From NCBI GenBank assembly GCA_016290715.1, contig JAEEUY010000094.1, forward strand, positions 1-36,595: a DNA stretch of 36,595 nucleotides, given 5' to 3'. The DNA comes from Bacteroidales bacterium. Its GTDB lineage: Bacteria > Bacteroidota > Bacteroidia > Bacteroidales > WCHB1-69. Both the position numbers and the translations under genes were made by a program. Of the stretch, positions 17,300 to 25,418 are shown in pieces. Numbering within the stretch: the stretch's first letter is position 1; each line of letters begins with the position of its first letter. The notes beneath the pieces were generated by a model. The model worked only from the letters and a program-made list of their open reading frames with translations, searched no databases and was not told the DNA's origin.

Positions 17300-19725
17300 T
17301 AAGGCAAAACTATGTAGTTGATAGCATCTTGCATTGAAGAGAAATAATGGAAATTCATATTTTCAATGAATTTTTTATCAATTTCTTCAATATCTTTTTT
17401 GTTTTCATCCGACAGAACGATATCGTAAATTCCTGCGCGTTTGGCGGCTAAAACTTTTTCTTTCAAACCGCCAACGGGGAATAGTTTTCCTCTTAGGGTA
17501 ATTTCGCCAGACATCGCAATTTGAGGACGGACCAATCGCCCTGTAAAGGAGGAGATGAGGGAAGAGAGGATGGTAATTCCTGCGGAAGGACCGTCTTTGG
17601 GGGTGGCTCCTTCGGGCACATGCACATGCACGTTCTTGGTTTGGAATAGTTGGGTGTCAATATGAAAATCTTCAGCGTGGGCTTTAAGGTATTCGTAAGC
17701 AATCGTTGCGGATTCTTTCATCACATCCCCAAGATTACCTGTCATGGTAAGTTGTCCTTTCCCATCGCTAATCACTGATTCAATAAAGAGTATTTCACCT
17801 CCGACAGCGGTCCATGCCAAGCCGGTGGCCACTCCCCGAATGCTTTTGGTTAAGGCACGTTCGCTTTGGAACATCGGACTGCCTAAGATTTTACAAAGGT
17901 CTTTTGCCGTGATTCGTTTCTCCAATTTGCCATTTTGCACATACGTTGCCGCTCGATGACGGGCAATTTTCGCAATGCGTTTTTCCAAAGTACGTACTCC
18001 CGATTCACGGGTGTAATCGGCAATAATCTTTTCGATAATTTTATCACTAAAAGTAAGGGATTTTTTCTCTAGCCCATTTTCTTTTAGTTGTTTGGGAATC
18101 AAGTGCTGTTTGGCAATATTGATTTTTTCTTCAATAAAATACCCCGAAATATCAATTACTTCCATTCTGTCAATCAAGGCAGGTGGGATGGTGTTCAAAC
18201 TATTGGCTGTGGCAATAAAAAGTACTTTTGATAAGTCGTATCCTATTTCTAAATAGTTGTCGTAGAATGAATTATTCTGTTCTGGATCCAAAACTTCAAG
18301 AAGGGCGGCGGCAGGATCCCCCTGCACGTTCATTCCCAATACCTTATCCACTTCATCGAGAACAAATACGGGGTTGGAAGAGCCTGCCTTTTTCAGACTT
18401 TGGATAATGCGCCCCGGCATAGCCCCAATGTAAGTTTTTCGATGTCCGCGGATTTCTGATTCGTCGCGCAATCCGCCCAACGAAACCCGTATGTATTTGC
18501 GTTTCAATGCATCAGCGATAGATTTGCCCAAAGAGGTTTTCCCGACTCCCGGAGGCCCCACCAAACAGAGAATCGGCGATTTCATGTCGTTTTTTAACTT
18601 CAAAACAGCAAAATATTCAATGATGCGCTCTTTCACTTTCTCCAATCCATAGTGAGCTTCATCTAAGACTTTCCGTGCACGTGTCAAATCGAAATCATCT
18701 TCAGTGTATTCATTCCATGGTAATGTTACCATGAGATCCAGATAGTTGGCTTGAATGGAGAAGTCGGGGGACATGGTGTTGGAACGCTGCAGTTTATCTA
18801 ATTCACGTTCAAATAATTCTTGAACCTCTTTACTCCATTTCTTGTTTTTGGCTTTTTCCTTGAGTTCCGAGCAGGTGCGTTCTACCGGAGAGTCGCCTAA
18901 CTCTTTTTGAATGGTTTTGATCTGCTCATTCAAAAAGTACTCTCTTTGCTGTTTGTCGATTTCCTGCTTCGATTTGTTCTGAATTTGTGCTTTAAGTTCT
19001 AATAGTTGCACCTCTTTATTGGTGAGACGAAGCACTTGCTTTGCACGATCCTCAATGTCAGGATTCTCTAAAAGATTCTGTTTTTCAACAACTTCTATAG
19101 ATAGGTTCGTTGTAATGAAATTAACCAGAAAGGTAGGGCTTTCGATGTTTTTAAGGGCAAAAATAGCTTCTTTAGGCAGGTGATTCGACAATTTGATCAT
19201 AGATATTGCTGCATCACGCAAAGAGTCCATCAAAGCCTTGAACACCTTTTTATTCTGGGTCTTGGGATTGCAATCATTGCATTCATATTCAATAACAGAA
19301 GCGCGATAATAGGGCTCTGTTTGAACCAAATCAAGAATGGTAAATCGTTTGATTCCTTGTACAATAATCGTTACACTGCCATCCGGCATTGCCACGAATT
19401 TTAATATTCGGGCCATGGTCCCAACTTTATAAATATCGTTGATGGTGGGTTCTTCAATATCATTCTCTTTTTGAGTAACCACGCCAATCGGTTCGTCGGT
19501 GCGGGCAAATTCCTGCGCCAAGCGGATGGATTTGGTCCGTCCTACGGTGATGGGGATTACAATACCAGGAAACAATACCGTATTACGCAGAGGTAAAATA
19601 GCAAGACTGTCAGGAACAATTTCTTCCTGTAGCCTTTTTTCATCTTCGCTGGAGAATAGAGGAATGAAATTGGCTTCGTTATTGATTAACTCATGCATAA
19701 TTATATCGTTGTTGGGATAATTCAT
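17299..19725 (-). CDS. lon: ATP-dependent protease La
   Basis: [12 protein letters not shown]-domain, Walker [10 protein letters not shown], Walker B VLDEVDK, catalytic PKDGPSAG and VGGLKEK. Start is placed at ATG 19725 (or 19698), not at the ORF-track 19920 inside the upstream gene. Confidence 0.97.
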   Translation of the reverse strand: MNYPNNDIIMHELINNEANFIPLFSSEDEKRLQEEIVPDSLAILPLRNTVLFPGIVIPITVGRTKSIRLAQEFARTDEPIGVVTQKENDIEEPTINDIYKVGTMARILKFVAMPDGSVTIIVQGIKRFTILDLVQTEPYYRASVIEYECNDCNPKTQNKKVFKALMDSLRDAAISMIKLSNHLPKEAIFALKNIESPTFLVNFITTNLSIEVVEKQNLLENPDIEDRAKQVLRLTNKEVQLLELKAQIQNKSKQEIDKQQREYFLNEQIKTIQKELGDSPVERTCSELKEKAKNKKWSKEVQELFERELDKLQRSNTMSPDFSIQANYLDLMVTLPWNEYTEDDFDLTRARKVLDEAHYGLEKVKERIIEYFAVLKLKNDMKSPILCLVGPPGVGKTSLGKSIADALKRKYIRVSLGGLRDESEIRGHRKTYIGAMPGRIIQSLKKAGSSNPVFVLDEVDKVLGMNVQGDPAAALLEVLDPEQNNSFYDNYLEIGYDLSKVLFIATANSLNTIPPALIDRMEVIDISGYFIEEKINIAKQHLIPKQLKENGLEKKSLTFSDKIIEKIIADYTRESGVRTLEKRIAKIARHRAATYVQNGKLEKRITAKDLCKILGSPMFQSERALTKSIRGVATGLAWTAVGGEILFIESVISDGKGQLTMTGNLGDVMKESATIAYEYLKAHAEDFHIDTQLFQTKNVHVHVPEGATPKDGPSAGITILSSLISSFTGRLVRPQIAMSGEITLRGKLFPVGGLKEKVLAAKRAGIYDIVLSDENKKDIEEIDKKFIENMNFHYFSSMQDAINYIVLP

Positions 19726-19726
19726 G

Positions 19727-20932
19727 TTAAGATGTTTGAATGGTAATTTCGTAAACCTTTTTAAGGATATTTTGTTCAATAGAATCAAAAATTTTGTGTC
19801 TGCGTTGGGCGACAATTTGCGCTGTAGTAAAAACCTTATCCAATTGATATGGGACGTAACCATCTGTAGGAGAACCGAATGAGAACGATGGGATATGCTT
19901 GGGATGGAACCCGCCGCCATATAAACAGGTGCTTACGCCTACGACAGTGCCTGTGTTAAACATTGTACAAATTCCACACTTGGAGTAATCACCCATAATT
20001 ACCCCGCAAAATTGCTCGTCACTCTCTTCCATCGTGCAGGTGGCGTAGTTCCACAATCTGACTGAAGAGTAATTGTTTTTGAGGTTGGAGGAATTGGTAT
20101 CTGCCCCAAGGTTGCACCATTCGCCAATCACAGAATTGCCTAAAAAACCGTCGTGCGCTTTGTTGCTATACCCAAAAATAATCACATTGGACAGTTCGCC
20201 ACCCACTTTGCTATGAGGGCCAATTGTCGTGGCCCCATATATTTTTGCGTCCATTTTGAGCGTTGCATGCTCGCAAAGGGCCACACTTCCACGAATACGG
20301 CACCCTTCCATGATTTCTGCATCTTTGCCGATGTAGATATAACCGTCTTGTGCATTGAGGGTGGCATTGGTAACCACCGCTCCCTCTTCAACAAAAATAC
20401 GCTGTGAATCGCCAATGACGACATTGCTGTTTCCTATAGGTTGTGATTTTCTTCCTGCGGTAAGAAGTTTGAAATCATACGCAATCGCTGACTCATTGTA
20501 CTTGAAAAGATGAAAGGGACGTATAAGTATTTGACAATCATCGTTATACTCGCATCTCTCCAAAGGGAGCATACCTTTCTGAAGCAGATGTGTCTGGTAA
20601 AAATCCCTGCTGTCTTGCAATGCTGTTGTACGAAAAGCCAATAACTCATTTTGATGGTATAATGCTGTTCCCAATGAAAGTCCGGAGATGGCTTCTATAA
20701 TAGCTGGATTTGGCAATAATGAACTGGATATAAACAAATTGTCGTTTTCAAAATGAAGCGGATACTTTGCTTGAAGATACTCTTCGGTTAAAATGGAAGC
20801 AGAACAGTGGAAAACTTTTTCCCATTTTTCGCGGATCGTTAAAATACCGATACGCATATCTGCCGCCGAACGTGTAAATGTTAACGGCAATAAATGATAG
20901 CGATGCCAATCATCAAATAATATTACGTTCAT
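19727..20932 (-). CDS. GlmU-like putative sugar nucleotidyl/acetyltransferase (Bacteroidota type)
   Basis: LLPLTFTR..D.RIGILTIREKW N-terminus and a hexapeptide-repeat C-terminal half (SNKAHDGFLGNSVIGEWCNLGADTNSSNLKNNY). Confidence 0.88.
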   Translation of the reverse strand: MNVILFDDWHRYHLLPLTFTRSAADMRIGILTIREKWEKVFHCSASILTEEYLQAKYPLHFENDNLFISSSLLPNPAIIEAISGLSLGTALYHQNELLAFRTTALQDSRDFYQTHLLQKGMLPLERCEYNDDCQILIRPFHLFKYNESAIAYDFKLLTAGRKSQPIGNSNVVIGDSQRIFVEEGAVVTNATLNAQDGYIYIGKDAEIMEGCRIRGSVALCEHATLKMDAKIYGATTIGPHSKVGGELSNVIIFGYSNKAHDGFLGNSVIGEWCNLGADTNSSNLKNNYSSVRLWNYATCTMEESDEQFCGVIMGDYSKCGICTMFNTGTVVGVSTCLYGGGFHPKHIPSFSFGSPTDGYVPYQLDKVFTTAQIVAQRRHKIFDSIEQNILKKVYEITIQTS

Positions 20933-20948
20933 TGTACCCCCTTAAACT

Positions 20949-20983
20949 AAAAAGAGGCTCTTTTATATAGATAAAAAAGCCTC
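20949..20983 (-). terminator. Intrinsic terminator after rpmE2
   Basis: Minus strand reads GAGGCTTTTTTAT-CTAT-ATAAAAGAGCCTC followed by TTTTT. Confidence 0.65.
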
Positions 20984-21004
20984 CGCACAAAAATCTTTAA
21001 TTCA

Positions 21005-21271
21005 TTATTCTGCTTTTGGAGTAGCATGTTTCGCGTATTTGCTACGATATTTATCAACGCGACCAGCTGTATCCACCAATTTCATTTTACCGGTGAAGAA
21101 TGGATGAGAGGTGTTGGAGATTTCTAACTTGATTAATGGATATTCTTTACCATCTTCCCATACAATTGTATCTTTTGTTTGTACGGTTGATTTAGTTAAA
21201 AATGCAGTTTCGTTCGACATATCTTTAAAAACAACCGTTCTGTACTCCTTTGGATGAATGTCTTTTTTCAT
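21005..21271 (-). CDS. rpmE2: 50S ribosomal protein L31 type B (zinc-free)
   Basis: MKKDIHPKEYR.VVFKD and EISNTSHPFFTGK..LVDTAGRVDK; no Cys ligands; 88 aa. Confidence 0.97.
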   Translation of the reverse strand: MKKDIHPKEYRTVVFKDMSNETAFLTKSTVQTKDTIVWEDGKEYPLIKLEISNTSHPFFTGKMKLVDTAGRVDKYRSKYAKHATPKAE

Positions 21272-21300
21272 TATTCTATATTTTTTTTAAATTCGGACTG

Positions 21301-21308
21301 CAAAAATA
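21301..21308 (-). promoter_or_regulatory. -7 element for rpmE2
   Basis: Minus strand reads TATTTTTG, 30 nt upstream of the ATG. Confidence 0.7.
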
Positions 21309-21497
21309 CATTTTTTTTTGTTACAGAAGACCTATTTGTGAATAATTTTGAAAATAATCTTCTTATTATTGTTAATATGTTGATAATAAGTTTGTTAGTT
21401 ATTTATTTTTGAATTATCAGGTAGAAATAAAATCAGAAAAGAGAGAATTATTTTTTTTGAAATAGAAATTTAACATTGAAAAAATACGTTTCTCCAA

Positions 21498-22460
21498 TTA
21501 CGAAAGAGCCTGATTAACTTTCTGGGAACTTTTGAGGATCGCATCATACTCTTCGGGAGTGATGTCATTGAAAAAATAGTGGACAGGGTTCACGTGTTTC
21601 CCGTTTTTGATGACTTCGTAGTGCAGGTGGGTCCCGAATGAAAGTCCGGTATTTCCCACATAACCAATTATTTGACCTCTTTTAACTCTTTCACCTGGTT
21701 TAACCAATTTTTTGGAGAGGTGTGCATATACGGTTTGATAGGAGTAGCCGTGGTTGAGTACGACAGCAATTCCGTATCCTGAACCGGCTTCTTTGCGGGA
21801 TACAACACCGTCGGCGGTAGCATGTACCGGCGTTCCTTTTGCGGCGGAGATGTCAATCCCTGTATGGGGGCGTAATACTTTCAAAATAGGATGATACCGA
21901 TAGCCAAAGCCCGATGATATTTCATACATATTGGGCAACGGACGGATGGCAGGAATGGATTGTAGCATCTCACTTCTCGTGTTTACCAAATTGGCAATGG
22001 TATCAAAGGAGTAGGATTGTGTGGCTAATTCAATGCAAAGTTTATCCGCTTTTAAGTGAATGTTATTCAGCATTTTAATAACATCTTCATCCTTAATATT
22101 GTCGTATTCGTTTTTTTCAACTAAAAAAGGATAGCGTTCACTCATAGGCACGGGGTCGGTTTCAAAAATGGTACGGTATATCTTATCGTCCCTTTCTTGA
22201 ATGTCTTTGCTCATGAGTGTAAGTTCGTCAATCCGCCGGTCGAGTTTCTTTAACTCATTTTTTAGTTCATTATTTTCCCGCCGCAACATCAATTCTTTCG
22301 GAGAATCAATAAGATAGAATGATATCCAAATGATGATGGCGGAAAATGAGACGGCAGTGGCCAAGAACCATACTACACGTTTGACTGTCTCTTTGAGTGA
22401 GAACTCTTTTTTCTCAAAGGATAGTGTTTTGGGATTGAAGTAGTAGATGGTCCTTTTCAT
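21498..22460 (-). CDS. M23-family metallopeptidase (peptidoglycan endopeptidase)
   Basis: N-terminal TM, coiled coil, then HTGID, YAHLS and HLHYEV motifs. Confidence 0.94.
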   Translation of the reverse strand: MKRTIYYFNPKTLSFEKKEFSLKETVKRVVWFLATAVSFSAIIIWISFYLIDSPKELMLRRENNELKNELKKLDRRIDELTLMSKDIQERDDKIYRTIFETDPVPMSERYPFLVEKNEYDNIKDEDVIKMLNNIHLKADKLCIELATQSYSFDTIANLVNTRSEMLQSIPAIRPLPNMYEISSGFGYRYHPILKVLRPHTGIDISAAKGTPVHATADGVVSRKEAGSGYGIAVVLNHGYSYQTVYAHLSKKLVKPGERVKRGQIIGYVGNTGLSFGTHLHYEVIKNGKHVNPVHYFFNDITPEEYDAILKSSQKVNQALS

Positions 22461-22467
22461 CTGTTTT

Positions 22468-23742
22468 TTATCTCTTTAGTTTGATGATGTCGCCTTTTTT
22501 GAGTGTTTTCTTAACATCTATATGATTGTATTGGCAGATACGCTGCAGGTCAACGGCGGTGGCTTGGGAAATATATTGGAGGGTTTCCATATTTTTTACA
22601 GTATAGTAATCTTTTTCTCCCGTTTTGCTTTTACGTTCAATATATACCACTTGTCCTGTTTTTAAGCGCGTATTTCCTGTAACATTGTTATATTTCTTGA
22701 TTCTTTTTTCTTTGTCTTGCACATCTTTGGCAATCGTTGCATAGGTGTCACCGCGCTGTGCTAAAACAAACAATGTCCGGTTATTGATATACACCGGTCT
22801 GTCGGTGAAGGGATACTTCTCGCTGTAAAGCGGGAAATCGTCAGCGGTTGCCTGAAAGACAGTGATGCTGGTGGGCAAATTTTCCTGTGCAGTTTCTGTA
22901 TAAACCACTTCTGTAGTTTGAGGCATGGGTTCCGGTGTGGGAAGGATGACCGTTTCGCCGGCAGTGCTTGTTTGATGCGGTTTTTTCACATTTCCTTCAG
23001 GATTGCCACTATTGGCTTTGGCCGGAGTGGTTTGGTTATGATGGGCGGGAGTGCCGCTATGTGTACTTTGAGCAGGTTTTTTATGCTTCGCAGGATGTTT
23101 TTTATCAGGTTTGGAGGTTGTTGCGGGTTGGGAAACAATTGGGGTTACAACAGGTTTGGGGGTGTTTTCAACGACGGCAGGTTGTGGATTGTTAAAATAA
23201 CCTTGTGCCAGTCGTGCTTGGTATAGCGTGTCCCATTGGGCAATGCGGTAGGTTTTAATCAGATTAATCAAACGGTCTGCATACTGGGGATTGGTGGCGT
23301 AACCCGCTGCTTTCAACCCTTTTGCCCAACCTTCATAATCCATAATGTCTAATGAAAATAGGGCATTATAACGAGGCCTTTTCGCGAGAAACAACGAATG
23401 GTCTTCGTAGGATTCATTGACCGAAAGATATTTTCTAAAGCATTCTTGCAGTTCGTCGTCGTCTAATAATAGCGTATCCCCCGTCCATTCTTTGTGGCAC
23501 TTGATGCCAAAATGGTTGTTTCCTTCTCTCGCTAAACGGCTTGTCCCGCAGGCACTTTCAAAAATCCCCTGGGCTAAAGTGATGCTGGCAGGAATCTTGT
23601 ATTCGTACATCTGTTGAATAGCCAAGTCTTTATATTGTGCGATGTATTGCTGGATATCATCTGCACTATATTGTGCAAAATTTTTATAGGGAGCGGCTAA
23701 CAATAAGCTAAAAGCAATAATTAAGGCGTATAGGTTTTTCAT
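22468..23742 (-). CDS. GH73 glucosaminidase-domain peptidoglycan hydrolase with C-terminal LysM-like repeats
   Basis: Signal peptide from MKNLYAL (23742). IPASITLAQGIFES, NNHFGIKC and GYATNPQYA, then two LysM-like segments (AQRGDTYATIA...LKTGQVVYI and YTVKNMETLQYIS...LKKGDIIKL). Confidence 0.92.
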   Translation of the reverse strand: MKNLYALIIAFSLLLAAPYKNFAQYSADDIQQYIAQYKDLAIQQMYEYKIPASITLAQGIFESACGTSRLAREGNNHFGIKCHKEWTGDTLLLDDDELQECFRKYLSVNESYEDHSLFLAKRPRYNALFSLDIMDYEGWAKGLKAAGYATNPQYADRLINLIKTYRIAQWDTLYQARLAQGYFNNPQPAVVENTPKPVVTPIVSQPATTSKPDKKHPAKHKKPAQSTHSGTPAHHNQTTPAKANSGNPEGNVKKPHQTSTAGETVILPTPEPMPQTTEVVYTETAQENLPTSITVFQATADDFPLYSEKYPFTDRPVYINNRTLFVLAQRGDTYATIAKDVQDKEKRIKKYNNVTGNTRLKTGQVVYIERKSKTGEKDYYTVKNMETLQYISQATAVDLQRICQYNHIDVKKTLKKGDIIKLKR

Positions 23743-23780
23743 TACAATGATAATTTGAATCTTTAAAATAACATATTTTG

Positions 23781-23788
23781 CAAAAATA
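23781..23788 (-). promoter_or_regulatory. -7 element for the GH73-M23 operon
   Basis: Minus strand reads TATTTTTG, about 40 nt upstream of ATG 23742. Confidence 0.6.
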
Positions 23789-23912
23789 CCGCTAATCATT
23801 GTATCTTCGTTTTTACAACATAAAAAATACTTAACAAGAAAGAGTTAATAGATTTTGTGCGGGAATGGCATGAGAATTTTTCAGGGAGCAATGAATTATT
23901 CGTTAAAAAATG

Positions 23913-23920
23913 TATTTTTG
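23913..23920 (+). promoter_or_regulatory. -7 element for the small secreted protein
   Basis: TATTTTTG lies 18 nt upstream of ATG 23939. Confidence 0.6.
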
Positions 23921-23938
23921 CAAACCAAATTTCAAATT

Positions 23939-24322
23939 ATGAAGAGATTTTTAGTGATATTGTTTGTGCTCAGTGGATTAACCTTTTGTGTGAAACAAAT
24001 GTCTGCACAAACATCGCAAGTGAATGTAACTGCTGAACAGTTAGGATATTATATTGGTCATCAAGATGGATTAAAAGCAGGCTTGATGTTAGCAGAGGGA
24101 ATGGATTCCGCTGTTATTTTTGAACATATTGATGCGGTTAATCATCGTATGGAGGCAGCGGGCGGCTTCGCTCATCGTGTTAAAGTGGTTGGCACAGAAT
24201 CCGTTTCAGAAAATGAGACGAAGGTAACGCTAAGTTATGAATGTAAAAATGATAAAGTTATTGAGGTCTATTATTTCTTATTGATTGATAATCAATGGAA
24301 ATGGAATGGCAAGAAATTATAG
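23939..24322 (+). CDS. Hypothetical secreted protein (possibly NTF2-like/DUF4878-like fold)
   Basis: Signal peptide MKRFLVILFVL...MSA|Q. The C-terminal KVTLSY...YFLLIDNQWK pattern resembles NTF2-like small proteins. It has its own -7 promoter box. Confidence 0.7.
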   Translation: MKRFLVILFVLSGLTFCVKQMSAQTSQVNVTAEQLGYYIGHQDGLKAGLMLAEGMDSAVIFEHIDAVNHRMEAAGGFAHRVKVVGTESVSENETKVTLSYECKNDKVIEVYYFLLIDNQWKWNGKKL

Positions 24323-25306
24323 ATGCCAGATGTCAATCAGTTTTTGCATGATTTGAATCGCATTAGTGGCGGCTCCTTTACGCAGATTATCCGCAACAAC
24401 CCACATATTCAGACTATTGGGTTGTGATTCGTCTCTTCTTAATCTTCCTACCCATACCTCGTCTTTATTTTGCACATAGCGGGGCATCGGATACTTGTTT
24501 TCTTCCGGATCATCATACAACTTAATGCCTGGCATCTTTTGTAAAAGATGGCGTACATCTTCTATATCGTAGTCGTTGTAAAACTCAACGTTAATAGATT
24601 CGGAGTGACCGCCTATTACGGGAACACGCGCTACCGTGGCCGTTACCATAATGTTTTTGTCCGATAGGATTTTTCGTGTTTCGTTTACGAGCTTGAGTTC
24701 TTCTGTTGTGTAGCCGCTCTCTTCAAAGGTTCCACCATGTGGAAGTACGTTCAAATCAATTTCGTAAGGGTAGGCTTTATCACACTCTTCTCCCGCCCGT
24801 TCCGACATCAGCTGGTTCACCGCTTTCATTCCCGTGCCCGTTACCGCCTGATACGTTGATATAACCAATCTTTTGATTTTGTATTTCCAATGCAGAGGCG
24901 CTAAAGCTAATACCATTTGTATGGTTGAACAGTTGGGATTGGCTATGATTCTATCGGTGGCACGTACACTGTCAATGTTGATTTCCGGGACCACCAGCGG
25001 AATATGTTCATAGTTGCGCCAAGCAGAAGAATTGTCAATGACGGTAGTTCCCTTTGCCGCAAATTGTGGCGCATAGGTGAGAGAAGCCGCGCTCCCAGCC
25101 GAAAAAATTGCGAAATCAGGTGCTGCCTCAATGGCTTGTTCAACAGACAGCACTTTGAGCGTGCGACCGGCAAACAGAATCTCTTTCCCTACCGACCGTT
25201 GTGAGGCTGCAGGAAGTAATTCACACTTGGCAAAACCGCGTTCTTCCAATACTTTAAGCATAACACTGCCCACTAATCCAGTGGCACCGACTAATGCAAT
25301 TTTCAT
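24317..25306 (-). CDS. asd: Aspartate-semialdehyde dehydrogenase
   Basis: VGATGLVG, VIDNSSAWR, LVVPEIN, ANPNCSTIQ, RVPVIGGHSE, DNLRKGAATNAIQI. Confidence 0.98.
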   Translation of the reverse strand: MKIALVGATGLVGSVMLKVLEERGFAKCELLPAASQRSVGKEILFAGRTLKVLSVEQAIEAAPDFAIFSAGSAASLTYAPQFAAKGTTVIDNSSAWRNYEHIPLVVPEINIDSVRATDRIIANPNCSTIQMVLALAPLHWKYKIKRLVISTYQAVTGTGMKAVNQLMSERAGEECDKAYPYEIDLNVLPHGGTFEESGYTTEELKLVNETRKILSDKNIMVTATVARVPVIGGHSESINVEFYNDYDIEDVRHLLQKMPGIKLYDDPEENKYPMPRYVQNKDEVWVGRLRRDESQPNSLNMWVVADNLRKGAATNAIQIMQKLIDIWHL

Positions 25307-25357
25307 TTTTGTTTCTCTTTTTTATTAATAAACGTTAAAACACTTGACTTTGGGAAG

Positions 25358-25374
25358 CAAAGATACTAAATTTG
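25358..25374. promoter_or_regulatory. Back-to-back divergent -7 elements for asd (-) and the LTD gene (+)
   Basis: Minus-strand TATCTTTG at 25358-25365 and plus-strand TAAATTTG at 25367-25374. Confidence 0.55.
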
Positions 25375-25418
25375 TAAATCGTTTTTGATGATATCACTAT
25401 TTTTAACTAACACTTACT

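Noticed and set aside
19726-19920. 65-codon N-terminal extension of lon in the ORF track, overlapping the GlmU-like gene
   Set aside because: It has no Lon similarity and lies in an alternate frame of a real gene. ATG 19725 directly follows the upstream stop, and I see no convincing frameshift signal.
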